From positions 40,612,001 through 40,676,000 of the forward strand of contig NW_024704743.1 of NCBI RefSeq assembly GCF_018977255.1: a stretch of DNA of 64,000 nucleotides, written 5' to 3'. Every line of letters starts with the position of its first letter. Position 1 is the stretch's first letter. A program made the translations under genes and the position numbers. This document shows positions 39,373 to 52,268 of the stretch, one piece after another. Below the pieces are notes generated by a model. It worked only from the letters and a program-made list of their open reading frames with translations. It was not told the origin of the DNA and did not search any database. The stretch comes from Callorhinchus milii (Eukaryota).

Positions 39373-39687
39373 GTGGAGTCCTGCAGCTCGGTGGTTAGAG
39401 CACTCGCTTTGCAAGCGAGACACCTGGGTTCAATTCCAGGCAGGGCAAAACCTTGGGCAAGTTTCCTTACTCCACACGCCTAATAATAATCCCTCCAAAA
39501 CAAAAAACAATAATAAATTGGTCATTTTCTATCCACAACTGTTTGTGTGACACTGCTGTGCGCAATTGGTGCCGTGTTTCGCCCACAAATATATGGTCAA
39601 TTCACTTTACAGTCTATTCTGTGAAGCGCTTTGAGACCTTGAGAAGACGTGAAAAGTGCTATATCAAATGCAAGGATTATTATTATT
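39373..39687 (+). mobile_element. SINE type A, full-length short form
   Basis: Colinear with 28111-28434; tRNA-like head with TGC at the anticodon position. Confidence 0.92.
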
Positions 39688-41049
39688 TAAAAATAATTTT
39701 AGATGAACATTCGCCATTTCAATTGGTGGCTCGAATTTTATTAAAACATGTAATTGAATTAAAATGTGAAAAATGATTTTTAATCTTTGTGGTGGGTTGT
39801 GGAGACCAGCTCGGATTCCTGGGAATGAGTCAGCCAAACCCAACGCATGAAATTGAACCTTCTCAAATCAGTTGAGGAAGTTGAAGCGCAAGATTATGAA
39901 TATTCATACATTGCCCATTTATTCCTGTAGTTACAGAATTCTACAATCCCAGCAGCTCCTTGCTTATCGATCACAAGGGAAGCATAATTAACTGATCTGG
40001 CTAAGGTTGCTGAAGAATCTAATTGTGAGCTTATCAATTACAAGCAGAGAAAGTGCTATCTACATTGACAAAGAAAGCAATCTGTGAGAAAACAGCTGTA
40101 CATTATGCCTGTGTAGGAAGTTGCACTTATCTGGCTAATGCAAGCCTAGAAAGGGACTCTCCAGAGAGGGGAGACTAAAACAAGCTGTGAAGAAGTAGCA
40201 GAAGTTAAATTATTCCAGGGACATGGACAGAGGCCATGGTGCAAAGTGGTTTGTAAATAAAGATATTACCAGGAGGAATTGTGAAAGATGTTGGGGTGTG
40301 GAAGTTAGGGAAACTCTGACAGAATAATATAAAGGATGCTTGTTCGATCAAAAACTTTTCAATGTTTTCTACTGACATTTTATGACTAAAAAAATATAAA
40401 ATCTATAAAAGTTCCTCGATCAACGATCAACAAAAGATTCTATTGAATTCATATTGTTACTCCATGCTTCAAAGATATAAGTCAAAAGGTTAATTAAAAC
40501 TATTTAGACTCCTGTTGCAGATTTCTAACAAAATACACTCCCATTAGCTAACAAGACATGGTGGTTTAAGGGACAGCCTTCTATACGACTCTGATCAGTC
40601 TTACTACTGAAGGGCAACAACAATATAAACTTGTATTTGTTTTGTACCTTTCCCACAGGGTAGCATCTGAACAATGACATAGTTTGACACCGAGCCAGGG
40701 AGGAAGAGGTGGTGACTGTAGCATTGTCAATTAATTAAATAATTGATTAATTAAATCAATTCATTTAAAGATGGAAACCACACAGTTGAATGCCTTTTTG
40801 CCATGTATACTCTCAATTTGTAGTCCTTTTGAAGAATGTGTTTCACTTCAATAGGTGCATTCAATGTCAGGCATTTCTGGATAGGATATATTTGGGTTCA
40901 ATCCACTTCAACATGATTTAAGGTGAGTCAATTCAATTCATTGATGAGAACTTAAAATAAAAGGTAAAAGAAAATGAATCCTTAATATTACTAGTGTCTA
41001 AATATGAATCATAACACTAATTGTACCATAATATCCTTCTTTTGTTGAA

Positions 41050-41203
41050 GTTCATAAACGTGTTCAATAGGGAATTAGATGGATGCTTGGAAAAGAAGGG
41101 TATGAAGAGTGAGTAATGGAGGTAAGATAAGATATGGTGGCTCACATGAGAAAAAACACCAGTGCGGACTCGATGGACCAAATGATCTGTTTCTGCGTTG
41201 TAG
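41050..41203 (+). mobile_element. CR1 3' end
   Basis: gggaattagatggatgcttgg...aaacaccagtgcggactcgatggaccaaatgatctgtttctgcgttgta. Confidence 0.7.
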
Positions 41204-41205
41204 TA

Positions 41206-41781
41206 TGTAAGAGACTCAGGAGGAGACCACCAATTGGTTGTGTAATAATCTAAAGTTTATTTAAGTAATTAATACAAATAGCCAGCATGTCGAACAGGCT
41301 AGCCTAACTTGTTCTTCAAACGAAGATGATAGATACAGTAAAATCGATATTCCACTACGACTCTGACTTTTCCAAATGTACTTCTTTCTTGATATACCTT
41401 TCTAAATCCCTTCCTTATCAACTCCAGTCACTCCCTAATTAGGAAATGCTTTTCGTCCACTTTTGCAATTCTTCAGCTCTTGCCCTTTGTTCCCTTATTG
41501 TCTCATCATCTGCTTCCCTTATTGTATCTGAGACGCTCTTTCTTCATTATCTCAGCATTCCTTAATCAATTTGAGGCTAGCTTAGGCGGAAGCTGAAACC
41601 AGACAACGCCAGTCAAGGGTCTGCTAACATTTTGTTCTTTTTTCAACCAGCTTGTATACATCAGTTGTATTTTATACAATAACACCCCCATGCACCGCTT
41701 TATAGATTTTGCAAAGCATTATTTTCATTAGTCAAGCTACATTACCCTAACCAATTCAAGCTATATTAGCATAATCCTACA
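41206..41781 (-). mobile_element. Possible solo LTR (right boundary uncertain)
   Basis: Starts TGTAAG, with tttatt about 50 bp in, like the other LTRs. Possible end CCTACA; no clean TSD. Confidence 0.4.
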
Positions 41782-41997
41782 AAAATTACTCCTTGACTCG
41801 ATGGTCCTCACTGAGTTGGATTCAAAACTGTTCAAAGTTAACTTATTTCCCAGGCAATGAAAACTATGCTATCCTCAGTCATTCCATTCCTCTCACAATC
41901 AGTGGGCTTTTAAAACCTATGCTTGACGACACCTGACCATTAATTTACTCGTCATTTTCTTTCTTTGTAAACATAGTCACACACTGTACTATGGACC

Positions 41998-42105
41998 TTT
42001 AGAAACATAGAAACATAGAATCAGCTCCTCGAGCCTGTTCCACTATTCTATAAGTTCATTGCTGATCTGTACCTCAAGTCCAATTACACTCCCTTGCCCA
42101 ATATT
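41998..42105 (-). mobile_element. CR1 3' terminus
   Basis: tagaaacatagaaacatagaa tail; gctgatctgtacctcaa, as at 10414-10520. Confidence 0.8.
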
Positions 42106-44900
42106 GCCTTTTACCTGGTCAATTTACAAAAAAATCTAGTGGATCTCCTCTCCCAGGGAATAATAAAAGTGCTTTTGCCTCAGTCTTGTTGCTCAATCTT
42201 TCAATTTTGAAACTATGCTGACAAACTCTACGGATAGAAGCTGTAAGCCAGCTTGATTAATGCTTGTGATTTCACCTAAAATACTTACCAAGTCTCAAGG
42301 ACACACATCATTGTCTTTGCCTATTTTTAGGCTCTCAGAATTGATCCCCAATAGGATTCTAATGCTCCAAGCTCCAACAATGGATATTTGTGTCATTCAT
42401 AGATAATGTTGTGCAGATGAGTGCACAGCATTGCTTACAAATGACTGATACTCTCCATGCAGAGGGACTTGAAGTTCTTTACACATATTTGTCAAATTCT
42501 TCTCATGGGACAAGAGTCTAAGAAATAGTAACACTCTCACGGCATTGCATTTCCTCCAGAGAGGGAAAAAAACAAATTCCTAATGGAATTGCTTAAAGTG
42601 TAGCTCAATTATATCACTGCCTCGTCATGATTGAATTTAGAAGTCCAAATTAACCTCCATTCCTTGTTCCAATTCAAGTCAATGTGGGGCGGGGGGGCCT
42701 GGGCGGGTGGGAAGGGGAGGAGGAGAGTTAGAAGTACAGTCTGTGATGTGTTAACACCAATCAGTAATGGGACACCGGCTTACTGCTTCCAAAACCTCAG
42801 AGCACAGTGGTTTCTGGCCAGCAGACATTTCAATGCTGTGATCAGTGGGCTGACCATCCACTTTAATAGGCTGGTACCTATTATGAATGTGTGAATTCAT
42901 GCCCAAACATTGTAACAGTGTATGTGTGTGGTGTGTGTGTGTGGTGGGGCAATCTTGGCTGTTTTCAGATTGTAGGTGAAGACTTTCCTCTTTGACCAAG
43001 CCTATGGTCAACTCTCCTTTCTTTCCGGCTCAGCATCAAAGTATTCCATCGTTAAGCGCTACCTGCGTAAAAGATGCAATATAAATGCAAGTCGTTGTTG
43101 TTCCAAGTTAAAACTGCTAACGTTGACTTGCATTGATGTTCCTAGTCTCCACCAGGGAACCATTCATGTAAAGTTGGTTTCTTTACAACTAGTAGCTGAC
43201 AGGAGAAGGCCAGGAAGAGTGCATGAGTATAGGTAAGTCCTTAACCAGCAAGGTGGTGTTAATTAAGGAATTATGAAGACATTATTTGCTAATATTCCTT
43301 GCATTTGATTATCAAAAGGAACAGATTAAGGAATACTGTAAACTGTGCCCCATTGGCTCACATTTGTTGAAAAACACTTTAGTTACCATCATGCTAGTAA
43401 ACTTTTCTTGGCAACTCTCTTTCCATCCTTGTTTTCTTCAAGGTTATATTCCAGCACAATGTCACATTTTTAAAAAAATATGATGGTGATGGCCAGTGCC
43501 AAAATCGATCATATTTACATTTCTATTCCTGCATTGGTCAAGTAGGAATACCTGACCCATATAGTTTTTATTATTCAACAGGACTATGTTCCCAGCAAAC
43601 GGTGCACAAATTTGTCTTTCTTCATAAGGCTAATGATCATTTCATAACAAGCTGGAAACTAGGCAAAATGTTTGAAAGTAAGACTTAATTTATTGATAAT
43701 TTGAAGCTCTCTGGGACAATACTACGTGTGAAGGGTGCTACATAAATGCAAGTTTTTGTTATAATTTAATTTATTGATAATTCTCCCTGGATAAACCAAA
43801 AGAACTGGACATGTGTCTGAACCACTGCTTAAATCACACAGATCACAAAATGTACAAACCAAAATCCTTACATTTGGCGTAGTTACATTTGTTACATCAG
43901 GAGGGCATCCCAAATTACCTGATTTCTTTTTGTTTTAGTGAATTTGGAAATTAATCCTACAATTTCACTTGTATATGAAGGAAGCCGCTGTTAGCGCTGT
44001 GACCTCTGGTTTCCAAATAAATACATTTTCAACTCCAATAAAAATATTTTCTCTTTTTCAGATGCGAATATTATGTCAAATTCAATTGAAGTTGGTGAAA
44101 TCAGTTGAAATTCAGTTGGTCTGTCCTGTTAAAAACAAGGTGTTTTGCTCTTTTGTATCCAGTCTGCATGTACACACATTTTGCAGCATCTCATATATCC
44201 ATGAAACCTATGTTAGATTTGCTTTTAGGTTCCCATGACAGCAAGAATGGAAGGGAGTGAGAGGGAAGTGATTTTATTTATTTTGCTTGTTTATTTAATT
44301 TATGCATTTGTACTCATGTTGGATCTCTCTTGTGGTCTTATTGAGTTGGAGTGCATCAGATCTTCCTGACAGTTTGAGAACCATATCATGCTTGTAACTT
44401 CCTCTAGTGCAACAAGATGTGTATGCATCCAATTTTCTTAATTGTCCAAAAAAGATCAATCTCTAAGTAGTCAAGAGGGCTCTCTTAGCTCTCCATGGTG
44501 CTGTAGTGGGCCCACTGATAATAATTGTCATTGCACATCACATTTGTCACCCCACAGATTTGAGATGGATACTCATAACACCAGATTCAGACTAAGCCAT
44601 AAATATATTAATGGCTGTTTCAGCAACCTCTACTTTACATGATCAAAGGAAATTAAATAAATATGTAAGCCTGTGTCCAAAACACACATTCTGAAATTAG
44701 GTAAGGTTCAGGCACTAGAGGCTAATTTATTGCCATTTCTTTATTGACAGACAGTACTAAAGTTGGATAGAGAGAGAGACAGAGAAAGAAGATAGCTGAA
44801 ATTTGACTGAATAACAATTTTTCAACTTTACTGTTAATTTATTTACTTTGTCTGACTTACAATTTGCCAATCAAACTTTACCACTAGTCCCTGTAAAGGG

Positions 44901-45848
44901 TGTAAGAAAATAAAATCAGCCAAATCTGTAAGGAAATAACGCTAATTCCTTTAACCAGATATCAGACTGTTTTATTATTATTCGTTCGTTATTCCCCAAT
45001 ATCCCGATAGGTCAGACCAACGGCCGTTACAATCAACAGATCTTATAACAGAATAATACCAAAGTAGATATCTCAAGTTCAACACTCTGTCTTTCCAGCA
45101 CACAAGCTTGATTCTTCATGCTTTCAGTCTTCTTGCTTACAGCTTTCAATTTTCCATATGATATCTTCAGTCATAGTGTTTCTAGCTCTTAGTCTTCCAT
45201 CTCCCGTATCCTTGTCTCTGCACCCCGGGATGGCCCCATCTCCCGTATCCTTGTCTCCATGACCCGGGACGGCCCCATCTCCCGTATCCTTGTCTCCACG
45301 ACCCGGGACGGCTCCATCTCCCGTATCCTTGTCCCACGACCCGGTACGGCCCCATCTCCCGTATCCTTGTCTCTGCGACCCGGGACGGCCCCATCTCCCG
45401 TATCCTTGTTTCCGCGACCCGGGACGGCCCCGTACACAAAGTTTTCAGAACTCTTATACTAATGTTCATCCAATCATGGTGCGGACATTAGATCACCTGT
45501 CAAAATCATGCTGGGTTCACGTGAACACCTCACGGGGTGTACGTGCCTCAGCACACAAACACGTTGTCCTTAAGACCCCTGTTATCTGATGCTTGTTATT
45601 TTGTGGGATCATTAGTACATTCCTTTTAAGAGACTGGTTATTTCTTATCAGTATCCCGGGATGGTACCAAGGTCCTCTAGTTTAAGCAACTTGCTCATTA
45701 GCTGCTATTCTTAAGGGTTGCCTTTTGTTGCTCTTGAGTGTTAATCATGACTGTCAGTCCAGTTGTCCCCCACACTTAACTTAAAAGTTAACCTGTTCAC
45801 AACATCTATTATGATTCTAACATTATACAAAAAGTGTGAATTCTAACA
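44901..45848 (-). mobile_element. Solo LTR (948 bp), ERV/Gypsy-type
   Basis: Termini TGTAAGAA...TTCTAACA (7/8 inverted); 4-bp TSD AGGG at 44897-44900 and 45849-45852; minus-strand AATAAA near 44971. Confidence 0.8.
45197..45429. repeat. 39-bp minisatellite x6
   Basis: Unit ccatctcccgtatccttgtctccacgacccgggacggcc; copy 4 is 38 bp. Confidence 0.95.
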
Positions 45849-46049
45849 AGGGCGCTATCTTCCCAGAGCCTATTTTCTCTGAGTACAATATTGTTGTATC
45901 TTTAGGGTAGCCTAAGGCAGTCCATCCAGTGCTGTGAAAATAAGGGAACTTAAATAATTATGTAAGCACGCTAACAAGCAGTTTGAGCTGCCCTCTCAAT
46001 GTGAAAGGTTTTATATGGATTTGACTTGTACTGTGTTATCTAGCTTAGA

Positions 46050-46392
46050 ATCTCACTCTGAATCAAAGGTTGTGAATTAAAACCCTATATCAGGACTTGA
46101 GCGCATAGCCCAGGCTGACACTCCAATGCTATATTGCGTGCAATGTTGTTTTTGAGATCCAGTGAAACAACTATGTTTTGCCTGCATGCTTTCAGGTAGA
46201 CATCAAAGACTCAATGAGACTATTCAAGTAGAGAAAATAGTTTAGTTTCCTGGCCTGGCCAACTGTCCTCCAGATTTATTGGTCATTCACTTCATGGTTG
46301 TTTTTAGAAGCTTTCTACTTGGCTGCAGTATACCACACTTGATAGTAATTGATTGTGAAGTGCTTTTGAGACATTTTATAAGGTGCTATAAA
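46050..46392 (+). mobile_element. SINE type B (old)
   Basis: tctcactctgaatcaaaggttgtg...caggctgacactcca...ttcaggtagacatcaaag...tgtgaagtgcttttgagacat. Confidence 0.7.
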
Positions 46393-46424
46393 CATAGCTC
46401 CCACCCTCTCACTTTTTTCTATCC

Positions 46425-46756
46425 TTCCCTTTTTCCACTCCCTCCATTCATCGGGCTCCGGCCTGCTCCATGTCTCCCGCCCGACCCGCCCTTCCATCGG
46501 TGGCCAGGCTTTTAGCCTCTCTGCCCCCACACTCTGGAACTCCATCCCTTCGGATCGCTTCCTCCCTTGCCTCCTTCAAGGTCGGTCTCAAGATTTTTCT
46601 GTTCGACCGTGCCTTTGGTCTTCCTCCCACCTCTCTGCCTTCCGTCACTCCTACATCACCTCTCCCCCATGCTCGGGCCCCGACACCTGACTGTTCAGCC
46701 CTTTGGGATGTCCTGCTGAAGTGAAAGATGCTCTATAAATGTAATTTTGTTGTTGT
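46425..46756 (+). mobile_element. L2 3' fragment
   Basis: gctccggcctgctccatgtc...ctctggaactccatccc...ctctataaatgtaattttgttgttg. Confidence 0.88.
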
Positions 46757-47328
46757 CTTGTACCTCTCCATTATTAGAGGCACAACGGCATATTAAGGAA
46801 AACATGTTTTTCACCTGTTCATGCCAATTGGATTGAACACAATGTTGTTTATTTGTGAGCTATTGCATCCCCTTGCCAACTTTGTTCTCTGGCTTTGACA
46901 CTACACAGAAATGGCCATCACACAGCATTTGCAGCTGAAGTTCATTTTGGGATAAAAAAAAGCTTCATAATAGGAGTGAAATTGGATTCATAAGTATTGA
47001 ATCCTGCTGGGATTCAAATATGTTTTGTGTTTACCAACGGGATCTCTTTTGCAGCTCAATCTTCTTCTATGTGAGTCAGAGCTGAGTTTTCATAGGTAGT
47101 CATGATTCACATCTGGTGACTGGCAGAATCTATTTAAAAAAACCTTTCCAAATCCTGTTACAAATGATCCTTTTTTATTCTCATTCCTGAATTCTCAAAT
47201 GAGATTTAACCGATTATTGATTCTCAGAATTAGAAAGACCTATTTGTGTTTGGAAGCCTGGTCCCATTAATACTGATACTGTTCACGTATCCAGTCTGTT
47301 ACTGGGTATTTGTAGACAATAGTAGCTC

Positions 47329-47633
47329 AGTCCTGTAGCTCAGTGGTTAGAGCATTTGCCTTGCAAGCGAGACACTTAGGCTCATTTCCAGGCAGGGCGA
47401 AACCTTGGGCAACTTTCCTTACTCCACATACCTAATAATAATCCCTCCAAAAAACAAAATAATAAATTGGTCATTTTCGATCCATGACTGTTTGTGGGAC
47501 ACTGCCGTGCACAATTGGCTACCATGTTAATATACAGTCAATTTGCTTTACAGCTGATTCTGTGAAGCTTTTGAGATGTCTAGAAGATGTGAAAAGCGCT
47601 ATGTCAAATGCAAGGATTATTATTACTATTATT
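47329..47633 (+). mobile_element. SINE type A, full-length short form
   Basis: Colinear with 28111-28434. Confidence 0.9.
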
Positions 47634-48779
47634 GTCTAGTTCTCAATGTCAAACTCTTGCTCATTATGATTTTACTCTTATGATCTCTTTTGCTTTGTGT
47701 TTCATTTTTCCTCCAGTTTTGAAACTCTTCAATATCCATTGTCAAAGATAACCTTGGGTAAAGAGTTGGCTTTGTTCTATGGTGTTGATCTCCCAAGATA
47801 AGCACAATTGCTATTCACTGCCATTTTGCTTGGAGCTCTAGAGGTATCAATTATCTTTGATGGAGACCCTCCAGCATTTCCTAAAGCACTAAGTGACCGA
47901 CATTCACGGCTGCCGCTATCTGTTCACTGTGACTGCAGCAATTCTGTTAGAAGGAGTAAAAATCAATAAAGGAGGGAATAAATTGACAGCATATAAGGTT
48001 AAATATCTCTTAAAAGAACACTTATCTTAAAGATATGAAAAACACTAAGGCTGAAAAGAGAATTTGCTTTTATTTTCACACAAAAGTACCAAGCTTTGTT
48101 TGGTGCGAAATAGACCATTTTTTTACCTACAAGTTATGTCAATTCTGAATATATAAGGTCTCCTCATTCTTTCCCTGCATATAACTAAATAGCACAACTG
48201 GCTTAAGTTGCAGGAACTCTGGCATTTCCATGTGTAGGTGGGATGTATGGAATTCTCAACTTTGTTTGGATACTCTTAAGCATGATGATGGGTTTTCCGT
48301 CTTTGTCAAGACTCCAACCTGACTGAAAAACAACACCTAAATGGGCAGATCTGAGGCTCCAGATCAGCTCATAGTTTGTCATTTATTATGTCTGTTGCTG
48401 TTTTGTAGCTGTTATTTAATGTTGTGTGATGTCAAGGAGGAGCCTCATGTGTTCATTTGTTTCAATATTTTGAATTATTACTTTTGGACTATTTTGTTAA
48501 TGAGAAGCCTGAAACATCGCCATTACCATGAAAATTGCATATCCAATATTCAATATTCTTCAGGAACTTTTTATGCTATATAAAGCAATTCAAGGATAAG
48601 GTACTAAATAATATGAACAACATTTCATTTTATTATACGGGCATAAGGATTCAGGAAATTGGAAGTTGCAATTGTCACATCAGATTTTAAGGTCCAATTC
48701 TGAGCCTGTGCTGGGTCCACAAATCAGATGTCCCCCCTTTCCTTTCTTCCCCACATTCCAATTCGTGACCAGGTTGGCT

Positions 48780-49392
48780 TTCCTCTAACTCCACCATATT
48801 GTCGACCTCTCTTGATACTTCACACCCAATTCAGTTGAAATCCTTCCCAATGCATTTGTTCTGCAGTAACCATTTGATGTACTCTGTGACTCTACCCCAC
48901 ATGAAGGGCTATGTAAAAGTTGTTGTTGTTTTTGTTTTCTCCAACTTTCATAAAATTCAATTAATTCAAAACTGCACCACCTCAGTGTATTCTCACAACA
49001 ACAACTTGCATTTATATAGCACCTTTCATGTTGGGAAGATATCCCAAGGTACTGAAACTCTGCAGCCACATCACCCCAGTCCTTGCCAGACTCTGCTGAC
49101 TCCATACTGCAGAATAGATCGATTTCAAGACCCTCACACTTGCATACAAATCATTTCACTCCCTAGCAGCTCCCTACCTTTCAACCTGCTTACACCCAAT
49201 TTCTCTACTTGCCCCCTTTGCTCAGCTACCTCTAGCCTTCTGCATGTCCCTTGTCCCTTCCCTCCACCGTCGGTTGCTCTGTCTCGACCCTACCCACGAT
49301 CACCTCTTCCCGGCTCAGCATCAAGCTCCACCACTGTTAAGTGCTCCGAGATGCTACCTAGAAAAAATACAAGTTGTTCTTTTTGTTGATGT
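48780..49392 (+). mobile_element. Old L2 fragment interrupted by short L2 tails
   Basis: HKIQLIQN...gatttcaagaccctcac; inserted tails at about 48885-48935 (+) and 48995-49050 (-). Confidence 0.6.
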
Positions 49393-49419
49393 TGTTTCTC
49401 GGCTCCTTCCAGGTCCAAC

Positions 49420-49771
49420 TGATGACCTAATCTCCTACCAACCCGCCCGTTGCCTCCGCTCAGCCGGCTCCGGTCTGCTCCACGTCCCCCGACCCACCCA
49501 CTCCACCATTGGCTGGAGAGCCTTCAGCCACTCTGCCCCCAACCTCTGGAATTCCATCCCCCAGTTACTCCGCCTCGCCCTCTCCTTAGTCTCCTTCAAG
49601 TCCTGCCTCAAAACCCTCTTCTTTGAACATACCATTGGTCAACCCCTCTTCCCCTCCCCTCCCTTCTCTCCCCTGACCCCAGCTCAGGTCTGAAATGCTG
49701 TACACTGTCCAGTGCCTATGGACGTCCTCCGTATGTGAAAGGCGCTATACAACTGTAATCTTGCTGTTGTT
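49420..49771 (+). mobile_element. L2 3' fragment
   Basis: DLISYQPARCLRSAGSGLLHVPRPTHSTIGWRAFSHSAPNLWNSIP; tail tgtaatcttgctgttgtt. Confidence 0.9.
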
Positions 49772-50464
49772 CCTCTTTCACTGTACTTTCAGCCACTTTC
49801 CAATCTCACCTGCCTCACCCCTCACTCCACTCAGCGCCACCCTCAGCTCAGGTGCAAACCCTGGATGGTTCAGTGACTTGGGGCATCATCCTCACATCAA
49901 AAACAACAACAAAATTACATATATAAAGCGCCTTTCATATCGGGAGGACGTCCCAAGTCGCTGAATAGTTGGGGATCTGGACCCAAGTGTGGGAGTGAAA
50001 GTTACTATAAAAATTTAAATGCGTCATGCGTTAGTGTTAGATAGCTGTCTCCCTCCCATTTAATGTGATAAATAGCACTTGAGCTTTATATTTGATTCCC
50101 ATATCTCTAAAATAAAACCCTTTCAGCAATACCTTGCATTTATATAGCATCCCTCATGCAGGGCAGCATATCAGATTGCTTTCATTTGTCCACAGGAACA
50201 GGCAATGCATTAAGGCAAAGTGATGACACTAATAGAGAATTTAATAATAATATGAGGATTCAAATAGTCTTTTGAGTCTGTAGTCTTTAAAAGGCAATGT
50301 AGAACCTCCATAGATATAATAAAAGTGAAATCAAGCCAAGAAGTCCATAAAATCTGTTCCTGAAAGCATTCTCCCACTCAACCTATACATCTCTCCCAAT
50401 GTTAAAGAACACAAAAGATTGATTCATATGGAAATAAAAAGGTTTACCTGGAAAATATGTCCTC

Positions 50465-50615
50465 ATAATAATAATAATCCTTGCATTTGAGAAAGCACCT
50501 CATCACATGGTTGAGGCGTCTCAGAGCGCTTCACAGAATATACTGTAAAGTGGATTGAGTGGATATTTTGTGGGGGAAACGTGGCAGTCAATTGCACATA
50601 GTTGTGTCCTGCAAA
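50465..50615 (-). mobile_element. SINE shared 3' tail fragment
   Basis: ataataataataatccttgcatttga...gcgcttcacagaatatactgtaaagtg. Confidence 0.82.
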
Positions 50616-51302
50616 CCCATCTCCCAAAGGGAGTCAATCAAATTAGAGAAGAGGGCCGACCCAACAGCAACTCAAGAGTATTGCTTAATATGAATGCTTG
50701 GTAAGCTTCCAGAAACATCCATTAGTGACGAGCAGTGCTCAGACAAAAAGTGTAATGGAGTGCAACTTTTTTTAAGCGTTACCTCCAGGATTTTATTCAA
50801 CTAAGCTGTTAGTGTTGCATAATACAGCATATAATTCTGAGCTGAATTATTTTGGAAGAAATAAATTGTCGGCATTGACACAGTGACATAACAAGTTTTC
50901 CCAAAAAGTTGCAAAGAAACCCCTGTGCTCATACCATTCATGAACAGAAAATCTGAATAGGCTAATCTGCAATAAGTCAATCTGAATAATATTTAAAATG
51001 CCCCTCCATGTGCTTATTGAACAAAATGATTAACAAGGCTTTGTTTGCATTCCTTCAAACATTTCAAGGCAGTGGTCATAATCCGAAGGCTTTTGGGTTT
51101 TATCTTTGAAACTTAATTTGAACTCTTGTCAGATTTGCTGTGTAGAAGCTCAATTTCGTATCGCTTGAAGCTCAAGTCAGATGAAGCACAAATTAGAAGC
51201 TCATGCAGTAAAAACAGAAAGCTTGTCAAAAAAGCTATCGTATTTCTGCCTTTTTTTAAATTGGGGTTGTAAAACAAAAACATTGTAAAAATAGTTTAGT
51301 AG

Positions 51303-52268
51303 TGTAAGGTTTGCCAGAAAGAGACTTTACCTGATACAGGTGGTGTGAATTACTGATCTTTCATTATCATATACAATTTAAAGGCTAATAATAATATAAT
51401 AATAATACTTTATTATAAAAGGTTAATACTTTAACACATACGATTATTATATCATTAAGTTACATAAAAGCAGTAAGAATCAACAAAACCAATATTACCT
51501 GATTCCATTGGGGAAGTCGCTGATCTTCAGCTGTTCACAACTGTTCCTCCTATGATGATTTAAACTGTTGCAAAGTTACATCGTTCTTTTATGTGTGTCA
51601 AACTCCATCTCCCCTTTTCACGGAGATAGTCCCCAACCTTCATTGAATTTGACAGTTAATTGTCCTTCCTTGACACCTTCACGTCATAAAATCCTTTCAA
51701 GATCTCGTCCAAGCAGACTGCAAGGCACCAAGAGTTCCATTAATCAGGACAATGTCAGGTTAACTTGAAGCCATACATTTCTGATCTTGTGAATGTCTTC
51801 TTAGTTGGTTGTAGAGTCTCTTGTATCAACACAGTGCCCATTTAATTTACTTGAGAGAGACTGTCAGACACTATTCTTCAAAATAAGGAAAGGATCCATC
51901 AAGTCTTCATCAAACGTATTACAGAATGCGAAAACACTTGGTTCAAATTCTCTCTCTCACATTCCTTAAGACCAATCAAGATTGTTCCAGTTCTTTACTT
52001 ACACTTTGGAGTATCAAAGAATAATTTTAATAATGATTTGAAACCTCTTCTTACATTAACACAACTCTTAATGAAAACATGATTGTTATGGAACATGAAT
52101 TTGTTATGGAGAACACCTTCAACAACCTTCAAAATATTTTTACCTTTCCTACTGATAATTGGCACATGGACCTCTCAGGGGCCCTAAATTAACCGTTTGG
52201 TTATATTCAAAATGTATAGTAATTAAAAAAAACTTAAATACAGTAAGCATCACAAATATAATCTTACA
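51303..52268 (-). mobile_element. Solo LTR (966 bp), ERV/Gypsy-type
   Basis: Perfect inverted termini TGTAAG...CTTACA; 4-bp TSD GTAG at 51299-51302 and 52269-52272; minus-strand AATAAA at 51409-51414. Confidence 0.82.

Noticed and set aside
43190..43238. Plus-strand ag|gtaagt donor with a possible short exon
   Set aside because: Ambiguous acceptor and unrecognised peptide; insufficient support.
45197..45429. Regular repeat array resembling CRISPR, with repetitive ORFs on both strands
   Set aside because: Units are head-to-tail with no unique spacers, there are no cas genes, and the context is a eukaryotic LTR. The ORFs arise from the 39-bp period.
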